DNA of 64,000 nucleotides from Octopus sinensis (taxonomy: Eukaryota), in contig NC_043024.1 in assembly GCF_006345805.1 (NCBI RefSeq), forward strand, positions 5,518,001 through 5,582,000, given 5' to 3'. The position numbers and the translations under genes were made by a program. The notes under the pieces were generated by a model, which was given only the letters and a program-made list of their open reading frames with translations, was not told the origin of the DNA and ran no database searches. How positions within the stretch are numbered: position 1 is the stretch's first letter; every line of letters begins with the position of its first letter. Of this stretch, positions 50,886-64,000 are shown piece after piece.

Positions 50886-53000
50886 CGCTGCTAGTAAGGT
50901 GAGGGTTGGCATCGAGTACAGTGAAGAATTCAGGGTAGAGGTTGGGGTCCACCAAGGTTCAGTCCTCAGTCCCCTCCTATTTATCATAGTCCTCCAGGCA
51001 ATAACGGAGGAATTCAAGACAGGATGCCCCTGGGAGCTCCTCTATGCTGATGACCTTGCTCTAATTGCTGAGTCTCTATCAGAACTAGAGGAGAAGTTTC
51101 AGGTATGGAAGCAAGGTTTAGAATCGAAGGGCCTTAGAATCAACCTAGCCAAAACCAAAGTCCTAATAAGTAGGAAGGTAGACCAATCACAAACGCCTTC
51201 AGCTAGATGGCCCTGCTCGATCTGTAGAAAAGGTGTAGGTAGAAACCCTATAAGATGCACCAAATGTAAGCTATGGACACATAAGAGGTGCAGCAATGTC
51301 AAAGGAAGGCTAACTAGGAAGATGGTTTTTGTATGTGGCAGATGCTCAGGAACAATAAACACTGAAAATGCTCTGAGACCAACTTCCGTCACTTTCCAGG
51401 GAGAAAAACTAGAAGTAGTTGATAGTTTCCGTTACCTAGGTGACAAAGTCAGTAGCGGGGGCGGGTGTGCTGAAAGTATAACTGCTAGAGTAAGAATAGC
51501 CTGGGTAAAGTTTAGAGAGCTCTTACCCCTGCTGGTGACAAAAGGCCTCTCGCTCAAAGTAAAAGGCAGACTGTATGATGCATGTGTACGTACAGCCATG
51601 CTACATGGTAGTGAAACTTGGGCTGTGACTGCTGAGGATTTGCGTAAGCTCGCAAGAAATGAAGCTAGTATGCTCCGATGGATGTGTAACATCAGTGTTC
51701 ATAATCGACAGAGTGTAAGTACCTTGAGAGAAAAGTTGAACCTAAGAAGCATCAGTTGTTGTGTGCAAGAGAGATGTTTGCGCTGGTATGGTCATGTGAT
51801 GAGAATGGCTGAAGATAGTTGTGTGCGAAAGTGCCACACCTTGGCAGTTGAGGGGACCTGTGGAAGAGGTAGACCCAGGAAAACCTGGGTCGAGGTGGTG
51901 AAGCACGACCTTCAAACTTTAGGTCTCACCAAGGAAATGACCAGTGACCGAGACCTTTGGAAGTATGCTGTGCGTGAGAAAACCCGGCAAGACCAGTGAG
52001 AACAGTCAAAATCAAACCAAATATCAGAAAGCAGAACCAAATTGAGGTCGATCAACATCAGGGGCCCCGTGCAGGTGACACGTAAAATCACCATCCGTTT
52101 GTGGCCGTTTGCCAGCCCTGTCTGGCCCCCGTGTCAGTGGCACGTAAAAGCACCATCCGTTCGTGTTTGTTGCCAGCCTGGCCATGCCCCCGTGCCGGTG
52201 ACACGTAAAAGCACCATCCGTTCGTGGCCGTTTGCCAGCTCTGTCTGGCCCCCGTGCCGGTGACACATAAAAGCACCATCCGTTCGTGGCCGTTTGCCAG
52301 CCCTGTCTGGCCCCCATGTCGGTGGCATGTAAAAGCACCATCCGTTCGTGTCCGTTGCCAGCCTCGCCTGGCCCCCGTGCCGGTGACACGTAAAAGCACC
52401 ATCCGTTTCGTGGCTGTTTGCCAGCTCTGACTGGCCCCCGTGTTGGTGGCACGTAAAAGCACCATCCGTCCGTGTCCGTTGCCAGCCTCGCCTGGCCCCC
52501 GTGCCGGTGACACGTAAAAGCACCATCCGTTTCGTGGCTGTTTGCCAGCTCTGACTGGCCCCCGTGTTGGTGGCACGTAAAAGCACCATCCGTCCGTGTC
52601 CGTTGCCAGCCTTGCCTGGCCCCCGTGCCGGTGACACGTAAAAGCACCAACCGTTCGTGGCCGTTTGCCAGCTCTGTCTGGCACCTGTGCGGGTGGCACG
52701 TAAAAGCACCATCCGTTCGTGTCCGTTGCCAGCCTCGCCTGGCCCCCGTGCCGGTGACACGTAAAAGCACCATCCGTTCGTGGCCGTTTGCCAGCTCTGT
52801 CTGGCACCTGTGTGGGTGGCACATAAAAAGCACCCACTTCACTCACGGAGTGGTTGGCGTTAGGAAGGGCATCCAGCCATAGAAACACTGCCAGATCTGA
52901 CTGGGCCTGATGAAGCCTTCCAGCTTCACAGACCCCAGTTGAACCATCCAACCCATGCTAGCATGGAGAACGGACGCTAAATGATGATGATGATGATGAT
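50881..53000 (+). mobile_element. 5' truncated RTE LINE with about 13-unit VNTR (52070-52830)
   Basis: ORF 50899-51999 ([13 protein letters not shown]-terminal GRGRPRKTW); (GAT)n tail ending at 53000, then (TA)n. Confidence 0.9.
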
Positions 53001-53797
53001 ATATATATGTATATATATGTATATATACATATATACATGAGTCCGTTGTTCTAACCACTAGGCCATGTGCCTCCACATCTGTGTTACTAAACAAAGCTGT
53101 GTTGACAAGATAGAACTCTGAGGTGAAAACATTGGTTATCTAGGCCATTAACATCTATATTGGTGTGTGAGAGAGAGAGAGAGAAAGAGCGTGTGTGTCA
53201 CAGATTTAATGTCCAGGAGTTGCTATTATAATTATTGAATCTGCTCGTAATTTATTAACTTTTGGGTAAGTTTATTAGTTTGAATGCAGGTTTACTTCTA
53301 CAACCCATTAAAACAGAAATGTCGTAAATTTGCACTTTTTAATATCTACCTTTTAAACATATTCTATGCCTTATATTATTTTTTTCTATTCTTTCAGGAA
53401 ATCACATGAAATTGGCTAAAAAGTAATTTTTACTTTTAAAGAATCATCAATATGTATCATGTTTGAAAGACTCTGCAAAGATATTCTACAAACGTATAAT
53501 CCTGCTTCTATAAAACATTGCTGAATTACAGTAAAATATTTCCTCTGGGAGAGAAAGCATTTCTTTACTTCTGTGTCTGAAATGTGCAAGAGATAATTTT
53601 CTCTTTTAAATATACTTTGATGGATTTACAAAAGTATTTGCAACATTTTAAAGTATTGGCATTGATCACGTTTAGAAGAAATATAAGAGAAGTGATATTT
53701 GTTTGGAATAAACTATAAAAACAAAAAGAAGAAAAATATCCATAAATTTTGGTGAGAGAAGAAATATTCTTCGATTGATTATATTTTTTCTGAAGTG

Positions 53798-55723
<1,926 letters not shown>

Positions 55724-56449
55724 AAAATCATAATTTAACTAAACACTAGCATATACATATTGAAATCATTGCTGAATTAAACACAAGTGCATTCCTTATC
55801 AATTGGATTCGTAGCATAGTAATAATTTTTTCACTACAATCATCATCATCATCACCATCATTGAACATCCACTTTTCCATGCTTCTATGGATCACATAGA
55901 ATTCATTGATGGAGATTATCTGCAGCTGGATGCCTGCCTTTCTTGTCACCAATCCTCACTTGTTTCCAAGCAAGGAAGTATTTTCCATGGTGAGACATTT
56001 TCTGCAAAAGACTTGAAATGAACAACTACATTTGTATGAGAAAGGTGGTCATTTACTAGTATCGTGTGATATCCAGTGAAGGGTACACACACACACATCT
56101 ATAATTATACACATATTTAAAAAGCATCCATTATGCTCTTGGAGTGGTTGGCATTAGTAAGAGCATCCAGCCATATACACACTGCCAAATCAGAGTGCAA
56201 CTTGGTGCAGTTCTGTGGCTTGCCAATTCCAGTCGAACTGTCTAACCCATGCCAGCATGGAAAGTAAACAATAAATGGTGACGTATGTATGAATAATTTC
56301 TAATGGGAGATATCTGACATGTTTCCCTTCCTCTCTATATAAAATTTTGTAATTCCTGTTAGCAAATGAAACACATGTAATGATGAATAAATAATACCAA
56401 AAACGTTTTTCAATCTCCTCTTGTGTTATATACTTACTCTGCAAAACTA

Positions 56450-57109
56450 GAGAATGGGTGAAGATAGTTGTGTGCAAAAGTGCCACACTCTAGCAGTTGA
56501 GGGAACCTGTGGAAGAGGTAGACCCAGGAAAACCTGGGACAAGGTGGTGAAGCACGACCTTCGAACTTTAGGTCTCACCAAGGAAATGACTAGAGACCGA
56601 GAGCTATGGAAGTATGCTGTGCGTGAGAAGACCCGGCAAGACCAGTGAGAACAGTCAAAATCAAACCAAACCAAATCAGATATCAGAGAGCAGAACCAAA
56701 ATTGAGACCGATCAACATCAGTGGAAATTGCAGCTGTGGTTAAGCGAACCATCTGATCATTTGTCCGTTGCCAGCCTCGCCTGGCCCCCGTGCCGGTAGT
56801 ATGTAAAAGCACCATCTGTTCGTGTCCGTTGCCAGCCTCGCCTGGTCCCCGTGCTGGTGGCACGTAAAAACACCATCCGTTCATGGCCGTTTGCCAGCTC
56901 TGTCTGGCACCTGTGCAGGTGGCATGTAAAAAGCACCCACTACACTCACGGAGTGGTTGGCGTTAGGAAGGGCATCCAGCCGTAGAAACACTGCCAAATC
57001 TGACTGGGCCTGATGAAGCCTTCCGTCTTCACAGACCCCAGTTAAACCGTCCAACCCATGCTAGCATGGAAAACGGACGCTAAATGATGATGATGATGAT
57101 GATGATGAT
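56450..57109 (+). mobile_element. RTE LINE 3' end fragment
   Basis: C-terminal VEGTCGRGRPRKTW...EKTRQDQ*, about 3 VNTR units, (GAT)n tail, then (TA)n. Confidence 0.88.
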
Positions 57110-57400
57110 ATATATATATATATATATATACACAAAGTGAGATAGGGGTTATGAGTGTAACCCACTATGGGATATCAGTTATCCAAAAATCAATATAAGT
57201 GACTTTTTGGGAATTTTTTATCCAAAACCCAATCAAAATGCCCGAAACTTGATACACCAATTGAATGCCAGCTAGGTGTATGTGATTGTTCGGAGATTTG
57301 GACAGTACTTGCGTGTATGTGCACACGCACGCAGCTGTATATGCATGCACTAGCACTATAATCTGGCATTGCTGGGTCATAGTGCCAGTATATATATATC

Positions 57401-57668
57401 AAATGAAAAACAGGACGCAAAGGATGTTGCAGTACATATGTTTCGGGCTTTATAGAACAACTTATTCTTACATCAATGCATAATCGATGTAACAGATAGT
57501 TCAAAAGCGTTCTTCAGCCGCACAAGTCTTTGGTGTAGCAATTGCACGCAGCTGAAGACGGCTTTTGAACTATCTGTTATATCGATTATGCATTGATGTA
57601 AGAATAAGTTGTTCTATAAAGTCCAAAACATATGTACCGCAACATCCTTTGCATCTTGTTTTTCATTT
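57401..57668. repeat. Long inverted repeat (118-bp arms, 32-nt loop)
   Basis: Arms 57401-57518 and 57551-57668 are reverse complements with 8 mismatches by manual alignment. Confidence 0.92.
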
Positions 57669-57769
57669 ATTTCATTTGATACATATATCCTATCACCTAT
57701 GCTACAAGCTGGCATATACAGGTGCTTACATTTATCAAGTACTCACCCTGAATTTATATATATATATAT

Positions 57770-60700
57770 ATCATCATCATTTAGCGTCCGCTTTCCATGC
57801 TTGCATGGGTTGGACGGTTCAACTGGGGTCTGGGAGGCCAGAAGGCTGCACCAGGCTCCAGTCTGATCTGGCAGTGTTTCTACAGCTGGATGCCTTTCCT
57901 AACGCCAACCACTCCGTGAGTGTAGTGGGTGCTTTTTACGTGCCACTGGCACAGGTGCCAGACGGGGCTGACAAAGTGCCATGATCGGATGGTGCTTTTT
58001 ACGTGCCACTGGCACGGAGGCCACTCGGGGTGGCGCTGGCAACAGACACGGTCGGGTGGTGCTTTTTATGTGCCACCGGCACAGGGGCCAGGTGAGGCTG
58101 GTAACGGCCACGATCAGATAGTGCTTTTTACGTGCCACCGGCACGGAGGCCAGTCGGGGCGGTGCTGGCTACAGCCACGATCGGATGGTTCACTTACGTG
58201 TCACCGGCACTGGTATCACAGCTGCAATTTCCATCGATGTTGATCGGCTTCGATTTTGGTTCTGCTTTCTGATATCTGATTTGATTTGGTTTGATTTTGA
58301 TTTTGATTTTGATTTTCACTTGCCTCAACGGGTCTTCACAAGTGGAGTTTTGTGTCCCAAGAAGGAAAGGTATGTATAAGTCGACTGGCTACATACCAGG
58401 TAGAGGCCACGGGTTATGGTCTCACTAGTCTTGCCGGGTCTTCTCACGCACAGCATACTTCCATAGGTCTTGGTCTCTAGTCATTTCCTTGGTGAGACCT
58501 AAAGTTCGAAGGTCGTGCTTCACCACCTCCTCCCAGGTTTTCCTGGGTCTACCTCTTCCACAGGTTCCCTCAACCGCTAGGGTGTGGCACTTTTGCACAC
58601 AACTATCTTCAGCCATTCTCGTCACATGACCATACCAGCGCAAACGTCTCTCTTGCACACAACAACTGATGCTTCTTAGGTCCAACTTTTCTCTCAAGGT
58701 ACATACACTCTGTCGATTATGAACACTGACATTACACATCCATCGGAGCATACTGGCTTCATTTCTTGCGAGCAGTCACAGCCCATGTTTCACTACCATG
58801 TAGCATGCCTATCGTACACATGCATCATACAGTCTGCCTTTTACTCTGAGCGAGAGGCCTTTTGTCACCAGCAGGGGTAAGAGCTCTCTGAACTTTGCCC
58901 AGGCTATTATTACTCTAGCAGTTACACTTTCAACACCCCCACCCCCACTACTGACTTGGTCACCAAGATAACGGAAGCTATCAACTACTTCTAGTTTTTC
59001 TCCCTGGAATGTGGTAGAAGTTGGTCTCTGCACATTTTCAGTGTTTATTGCTCCTGAGCATCTGCCACAGACAAAAACTATTTTCCTAGTTAGCCTTCCT
59101 TTGACATTGCTGCACCTCTTATGTGTCCATAGCTTACACTTGGTGCATCTTATAGAATTTCTACCTGCACCTTTTCTACAGATCGAGCAGGGCCATCTAG
59201 CTGAAGGCGTTTGTGATTGGTCTACCTTCCTACTTATTAGGACTTTGGTTTTGGCTAGGTTGATTCTAAGGCTGTTCGATTCTAATCCTTGCTTCCACAC
59301 CTGAAACTTCTCCTCCAGTTCTGATAGTGACTCAGCAATTAGAGCAAGGTCATCAGCATAGAGGAGCTCCCAAGGGTATCCTGTCTTGAATTCCTCTGTT
59401 ATTGCCTGGAGGACTATGATAAACAGGAGGGGACTGAGGACTGAGCCTTGGTGAACCCCAACCTCTACCTGGAATTCTTCACTGTACTCGTTGCCAACCC
59501 TCACCTTACTGGCAGCGTCTCTGTACATGGCTCGCACAGCTCTCACTAACCATTCATCTATCCCTAGTTTCCTCATTGACCACCAGATAAGGGATCGGGG
59601 GACCCTGTCGAAGGCTTTCTCCATGTCAACAAAAGCCAGGTACTGGGGCTTATCTTTGGCTAGGTATTTCTCCTGCAGCTGTCTTACCAGGAATATAGCA
59701 TCAGTAGTACTTTTCCCTGGCACGAAACCAAACTGCATCTCATCTAAGCTAACTCTCTCTCTAATTAGTTGGGCTATAACCCTCTCCGTAACCTTCATTA
59801 CCTGATCCAGCAGCTTGATACCCCTGTAGTTATTTGTATCTAGGGCGTCACCTTTACCTTCATAGTGGCATCTCCAAACCTCTCTCTTTGCATCCTCATT
59901 TAGCGCAAGTGAACCATCATCCTTGCGAACACATTTCTCTCCTACCACGTCACAATTCTCTCTCACACACTGTCTTGCAACATGAAATACCTCAAGTCTT
60001 TCATCCTCATGGCGCAGAACATTGGCAAATTTTATCTTATCTGCTTCCCCTCTGGCTAAATACACCTGCCTCCTAGCTTCCCTTCTGGCAGTCTGATACA
60101 CTTCGCTGCTACCACCGTTCTTCCAAGCCTGTTTCTTTTGTCTAATAGCCCTGTCAACAATATTGTTCCACCACCACGTTATTTTGAGTCTTGAGAGGAC
60201 TTTACACCAACCACAGATCTGATCAGTGGCTTTCAGCAGGTTGTCCCTTAGAGACCTTCAGTTGTCTTCTACCCTATGTGAAGCTATACCCACTTCTATT
60301 TCGTCAAAGGCTTCGAGTAATATGTCTCTAAATCTCTGTCCATTCGCAGGATCTTTAAGCTTCCAGACCCTTCTTCTCCATGTTGGTCGTGCTCTAGTCG
60401 TCCTCTTAGTCCTGATCCTAAAGTCACTAACTACCAGTCTATGTTGTGGGGTACATTCTTTGCCTGGGAAGGTTTTGGCATTTATAAGTAGCCATCTCTC
60501 CCTTTGCCTGGCAAGGATGTAGTCAATTTGGCTGGTATGTCGGCCCAATCGGTAGGTGTCTAGGTGGCTTGTAGGTTTCCTGAAGTTAGTGTTGCAAACC
60601 ATAAGACTATTTGCATCGCAGAACTCCAGCAGCCTGGTTCCCTCCTTGTTGCGGGAACCATAACCGTAGCCTCCATGTATACCATGGAAGACCTCAGCAT

Positions 60701-61420
60701 GTTGTCCAACATGCCCATTGAAGTCACCAGCCACAAAGAGAAGGTCCCTGTCATTCGTCAATGAGGTGGTCTGCAGTAGGGTGTCATAGAATCGGTCTTT
60801 CTGTCCATCAGGTTGCCCAGGCTGAGGGGCATAGGCCGATATAATGGTTGCTAAACTATGATGAAGCACTAATCTAATCTTAAGTATTCTGTCGCATACT
60901 CTGACTACCTCGATTACCTTATCTACCCATTTTTCGGCGATAAGTATACCCACACCCCCGACCCCGTCAGTGTTCCCAGCCCAGAAAATCTTGTACCTCT
61001 GTTCTTTGCCTGTGAGGAACCTAACAGAACCTCCTCTCCACCTCACCTCTTGAATACAGCATATATCAACACACCTCCGTTCAAGCAATTCAACGATCTC
61101 GCCAGACCTGCCTTTCAGTGTGCCAACGTTGAGGGTGTGGAAGGTATTTGCCCTAGCAGCTTCATGAACCTGAAAAGAAAACTCGCGTTTGGCAGGATTC
61201 ATAGAAAAACAATAGATTTAAGTTCAAACCGCGTACACTACACTATCATATTTTGCAATGTATGACCACTACCTTTTGTGGACGGGGGTAGGGGTGGCGT
61301 AAGACTTTGAAGTGTACATGGGAGACAACAAAGGATGAGAAAATTTAGGACTTCCCGTACCGGTGGAGAGGGTGGGAGGGAGGGTGCACCGCGAAAACTA
61401 GCAGCCATGTAGGGGCACCT
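57770..61420 (-). mobile_element. Near-full-length RTE LINE with internal RT deletion
   Basis: EN 60258-61202; RT 58809-60101 lacking about 280 bp (junction near 59860, ACCTT microhomology); C-terminus 58425-58751; (GAT)n tail next to (TA)n. The 5' limit is approximate. Confidence 0.88.
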
Positions 61421-61642
61421 CTCATTTCTTGGAAAAGGAATACTTATTAGTAGGTATAAAATACCTAAATTTGAGAGAGAGATATTTTGCAGATTTATGG
61501 GAGATGCGTGAGCTAAGAGGAACTATAAAATTATATATATATTTATTCTATATTTAATGAGACGTGAGGCTGATCGATAATTGGGGGGAACTATAGAATT
61601 ATATATATATATATTTAGTAAGTATAGTAATTATATATATAT

Positions 61643-61981
61643 TTAGTGAGTAGTAAAGTTACCTCTGTGATAGAATGATTCACCACAGATATCGCAGGGA
61701 TAAGGTTTCTCTCCTGTATGGATACGTATATGTCGAGTTAAGTGACTGTCATTAGTGAATGACTTACCACAGATACTACAGTGATATGGTTTCTCCCCTG
61801 TATGAATACGTTTTTGAGTAGCTAAGCTACCTCTTTGACTGAATGATTTACCACAGATATCACAGTGGTATGGTGCTTCCACTTTATGAATTTGTTTGTG
61901 TTGATTGAATTTACTTTCTTCTAAGAATGACTCTTTGCAGATATCACAGTCATATGATGATTTTCCTAATTCTTCAGACAT
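61643..61981 (-). pseudogene. Inverted, truncated C2H2 zinc-finger copy 7 (4 units)
   Basis: Same N-terminus, long leader, acceptor at 62410-62411 and intron on the minus strand; cut inside finger 4 (YHRGNFTTH*); finger 2 has H>Q. Confidence 0.85.
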
Positions 61982-62884
61982 CTCTTCAAGAAAAATAAAA
62001 TCAATCCTTAAAGTTTTACACGTCAATAACTTTTCACAAATTTCTCTCCTCTCACCAAAATATATGGATATTTTTCTTCTTTTTGCTTTTATATTTTATT
62101 CCAAACAAATATCACTTCTCTTATATTTCTTCAAAATGTGATCAATGCCAATATTTAAAAATGTTGCAAATACTTTTGTAAATCTATCAAAGTATATTTA
62201 AAAGAGAAAATTATCTCTTGCACATTTCAGACACAGAAGTAAAGAAGTGCTTTCTCTCTCAGAGGAAATAATTTCCTGTAATTCAGCAATGTTTTCTAGA
62301 AGCAGGATTATACGTTTGTAGAATATCTTTGAAGAGTCTTTCAAGCATGATACATATTGATGATTCTTTAAAAGTAAAAAATACTTTTTAGCCAATTTCA
62401 TGTGATTTTCTGAAAGAATAGAAAAAATAATATAAGACATCATGTATGTTTAAAAGGCAGATATTCAAAAGTGCAAATTTACGACATTTCTGTTTTCATA
62501 AATTGTAGAAGTAATTCTTTATTTGAAGTATTAAATTTATCCCATCTCTCTATTTTCAAGAGGTTTATACCACAGACATATCTATCGTAATAACACCTCC
62601 TGGACATTGCGTCTGTCCTAGACACACACCAATATACATGTCAATGACACTAGATATCTGATGGTTTCACCTTAGTCATGTGTCGTATTAACACAGCTTT
62701 GTTTGGTAACATAGACATCACTCCTCCTCTGCCTCATTCTGTACATTCGTAAATACACAAATACATAGATACGGGCAGCTTAATGTCAATATTTTGTTAA
62801 GCATGAAACAGGGAGAAAAGTCAGTAAAGTATCAACATTCTTTTCTACTCTCAAGGACAAAGCTCGAAGTTTTTGAGGAAGGGC

Positions 62885-63015
62885 CAGTCTATTAGACTGA
62901 TCCCAGTACACAACTCGTACTTAACTTATCGACCCCGAAAGGATGAAGGGCAAAATCGACCTTGGCGGAATTTGAACTCAGAACGTAAAGACAGACAAAA
63001 TACTGCTAAGCATTT
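62885..63015 (-). mobile_element. SINE fragment, same family as 32790-32965
   Basis: TCGACCCCGAAAGGATGAAGGGCAAAATCGACC...GAATTTGAACTCAG. Confidence 0.65.
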
Positions 63016-63020
63016 CATAT

Positions 63021-63051
<31 letters not shown>

Positions 63052-64000
63052 AACATGGTAGAAGTAAAGACCTGAACCCTTCAAAGGGATGTTTAGCATC
63101 GAAGTTCCTGAGGAAAATCCTAATTTATAACTTTAAAAGGATTATATTTCCCTCAAAGTTACGAGGGAAAAACTCGGATCTTGTGAATTATCCGACGTCC
63201 TCTCCCCACCCCCTCGGAAAAGATTTTCCCCACAAATTTCTTCATAATCGTAATCTATACCGTCTGAAAGATATTTATATAAAATTTCATTTTTAAAAAC
63301 CCATATGAAAGCTATGAGGAAAAAACATCGGATCTTGTGAATTTTCCGAAGGCCTCTCCCCACCGCCGTTGCTTTCCGGGCCTTTTTGTTTTCAGATTCG
63401 TTCCCTACCCTCTTTTTTTTTTGTTTTTTTACACCGGTTCCACTTTCGATTTCGTTCCCGGGTAATGTCAACATACAAGGATGTATATAAAGCTAATTCT
63501 GTAAAAACGTATATGTATATGTTTATATATATATTTTGTATGTATTTATATATGCATAAGTTTCAAAAGATATTAGAATAATGAAATAAAAGTCAGTCAT
63601 GATAAGAGATCTCCCCCAAATCTATTTCCTTAATTTTTAACGGCGACAGTAAAGAATACGTACACCCGGTCTTTAGGGTTGGTTTTAGTTAGGCCGAAAA
63701 CAGGTGGTGGACTCGTTCTTTACCTCCGACATTTTAAACCGTTTCTAGCACGCATAAACATTTCGGCCCATATTTAGGCAATTTGGATTTTGAAGTATTT
63801 AAAACAAGGTAAAAAAAAAAGAAACGAATTCACCTCCTTCGTTTGCAAATTTTGGGGCGCTGTGGAACCCCACCAAAAACTATTGAGGCACGGCAGCAAG
63901 CTTTACAGCGTTATAACGGGTGGTGCGCTGGAACAAACCAAGCACCCTCATGAGGTTCACCAGTTAAAACTACGAATTAAAAGAGAAAAACAGTGGAAAG

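Noticed and set aside
63480-64000. Unassigned sequence at the window end
   Set aside because: No ORF, repeat or motif I could support.

Overview
AT-rich, intron-containing animal genomic DNA. The zinc-finger style ([17 protein letters not shown]), the SINE and LINE families and the long (TA)n tracts point to a coleoid cephalopod, most likely Octopus; this is an inference. The window is a tandem cluster of C2H2 zinc-finger genes with no recognisable effector domain and the whole CDS in one exon. It holds the 3' end of an upstream copy, six plus-strand copies (ATGs at 3255, 9956, 17045, 24392, 29772, 53798) and one inverted, truncated copy (ATG 61981). The duplicated unit is: CCAAT/Inr/splice-donor module, intron, acceptor, leader with an upstream ATG, ZF exon, decayed-finger 3' UTR, AATAAA. 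Copies 2, 3 and 5 look intact, 1 and 4 are shortened by nonsense changes, 6 is frameshifted and 7 is cut by a LINE. Mobile DNA includes a Merlin transposon with TIRs, TSD and a paralogous empty site, GG-terminal MITEs, Helitron relics, tRNA-derived SINEs and a near-full-length CR1-like LINE. At least seven RTE-clade LINE copies or fragments carry a ~61-bp VNTR in the 3' UTR and mostly abut (TA)n. A ~21-kb TE island separates copies 5 and 6. The best leads are finger shuffling in 84-bp and 252-bp units, an eight-finger near-identical array with a repeated 2-bp deletion, a LINE-borne VNTR, apparent (TA)n targeting, an inverted LINE pair, and a correctly phased G GGU UUA -1 slippery site linking CR1 ORF1 to an AUG-less ORF2. 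I found no prokaryote-type system such as CRISPR or an operon. All coordinates were read by eye.
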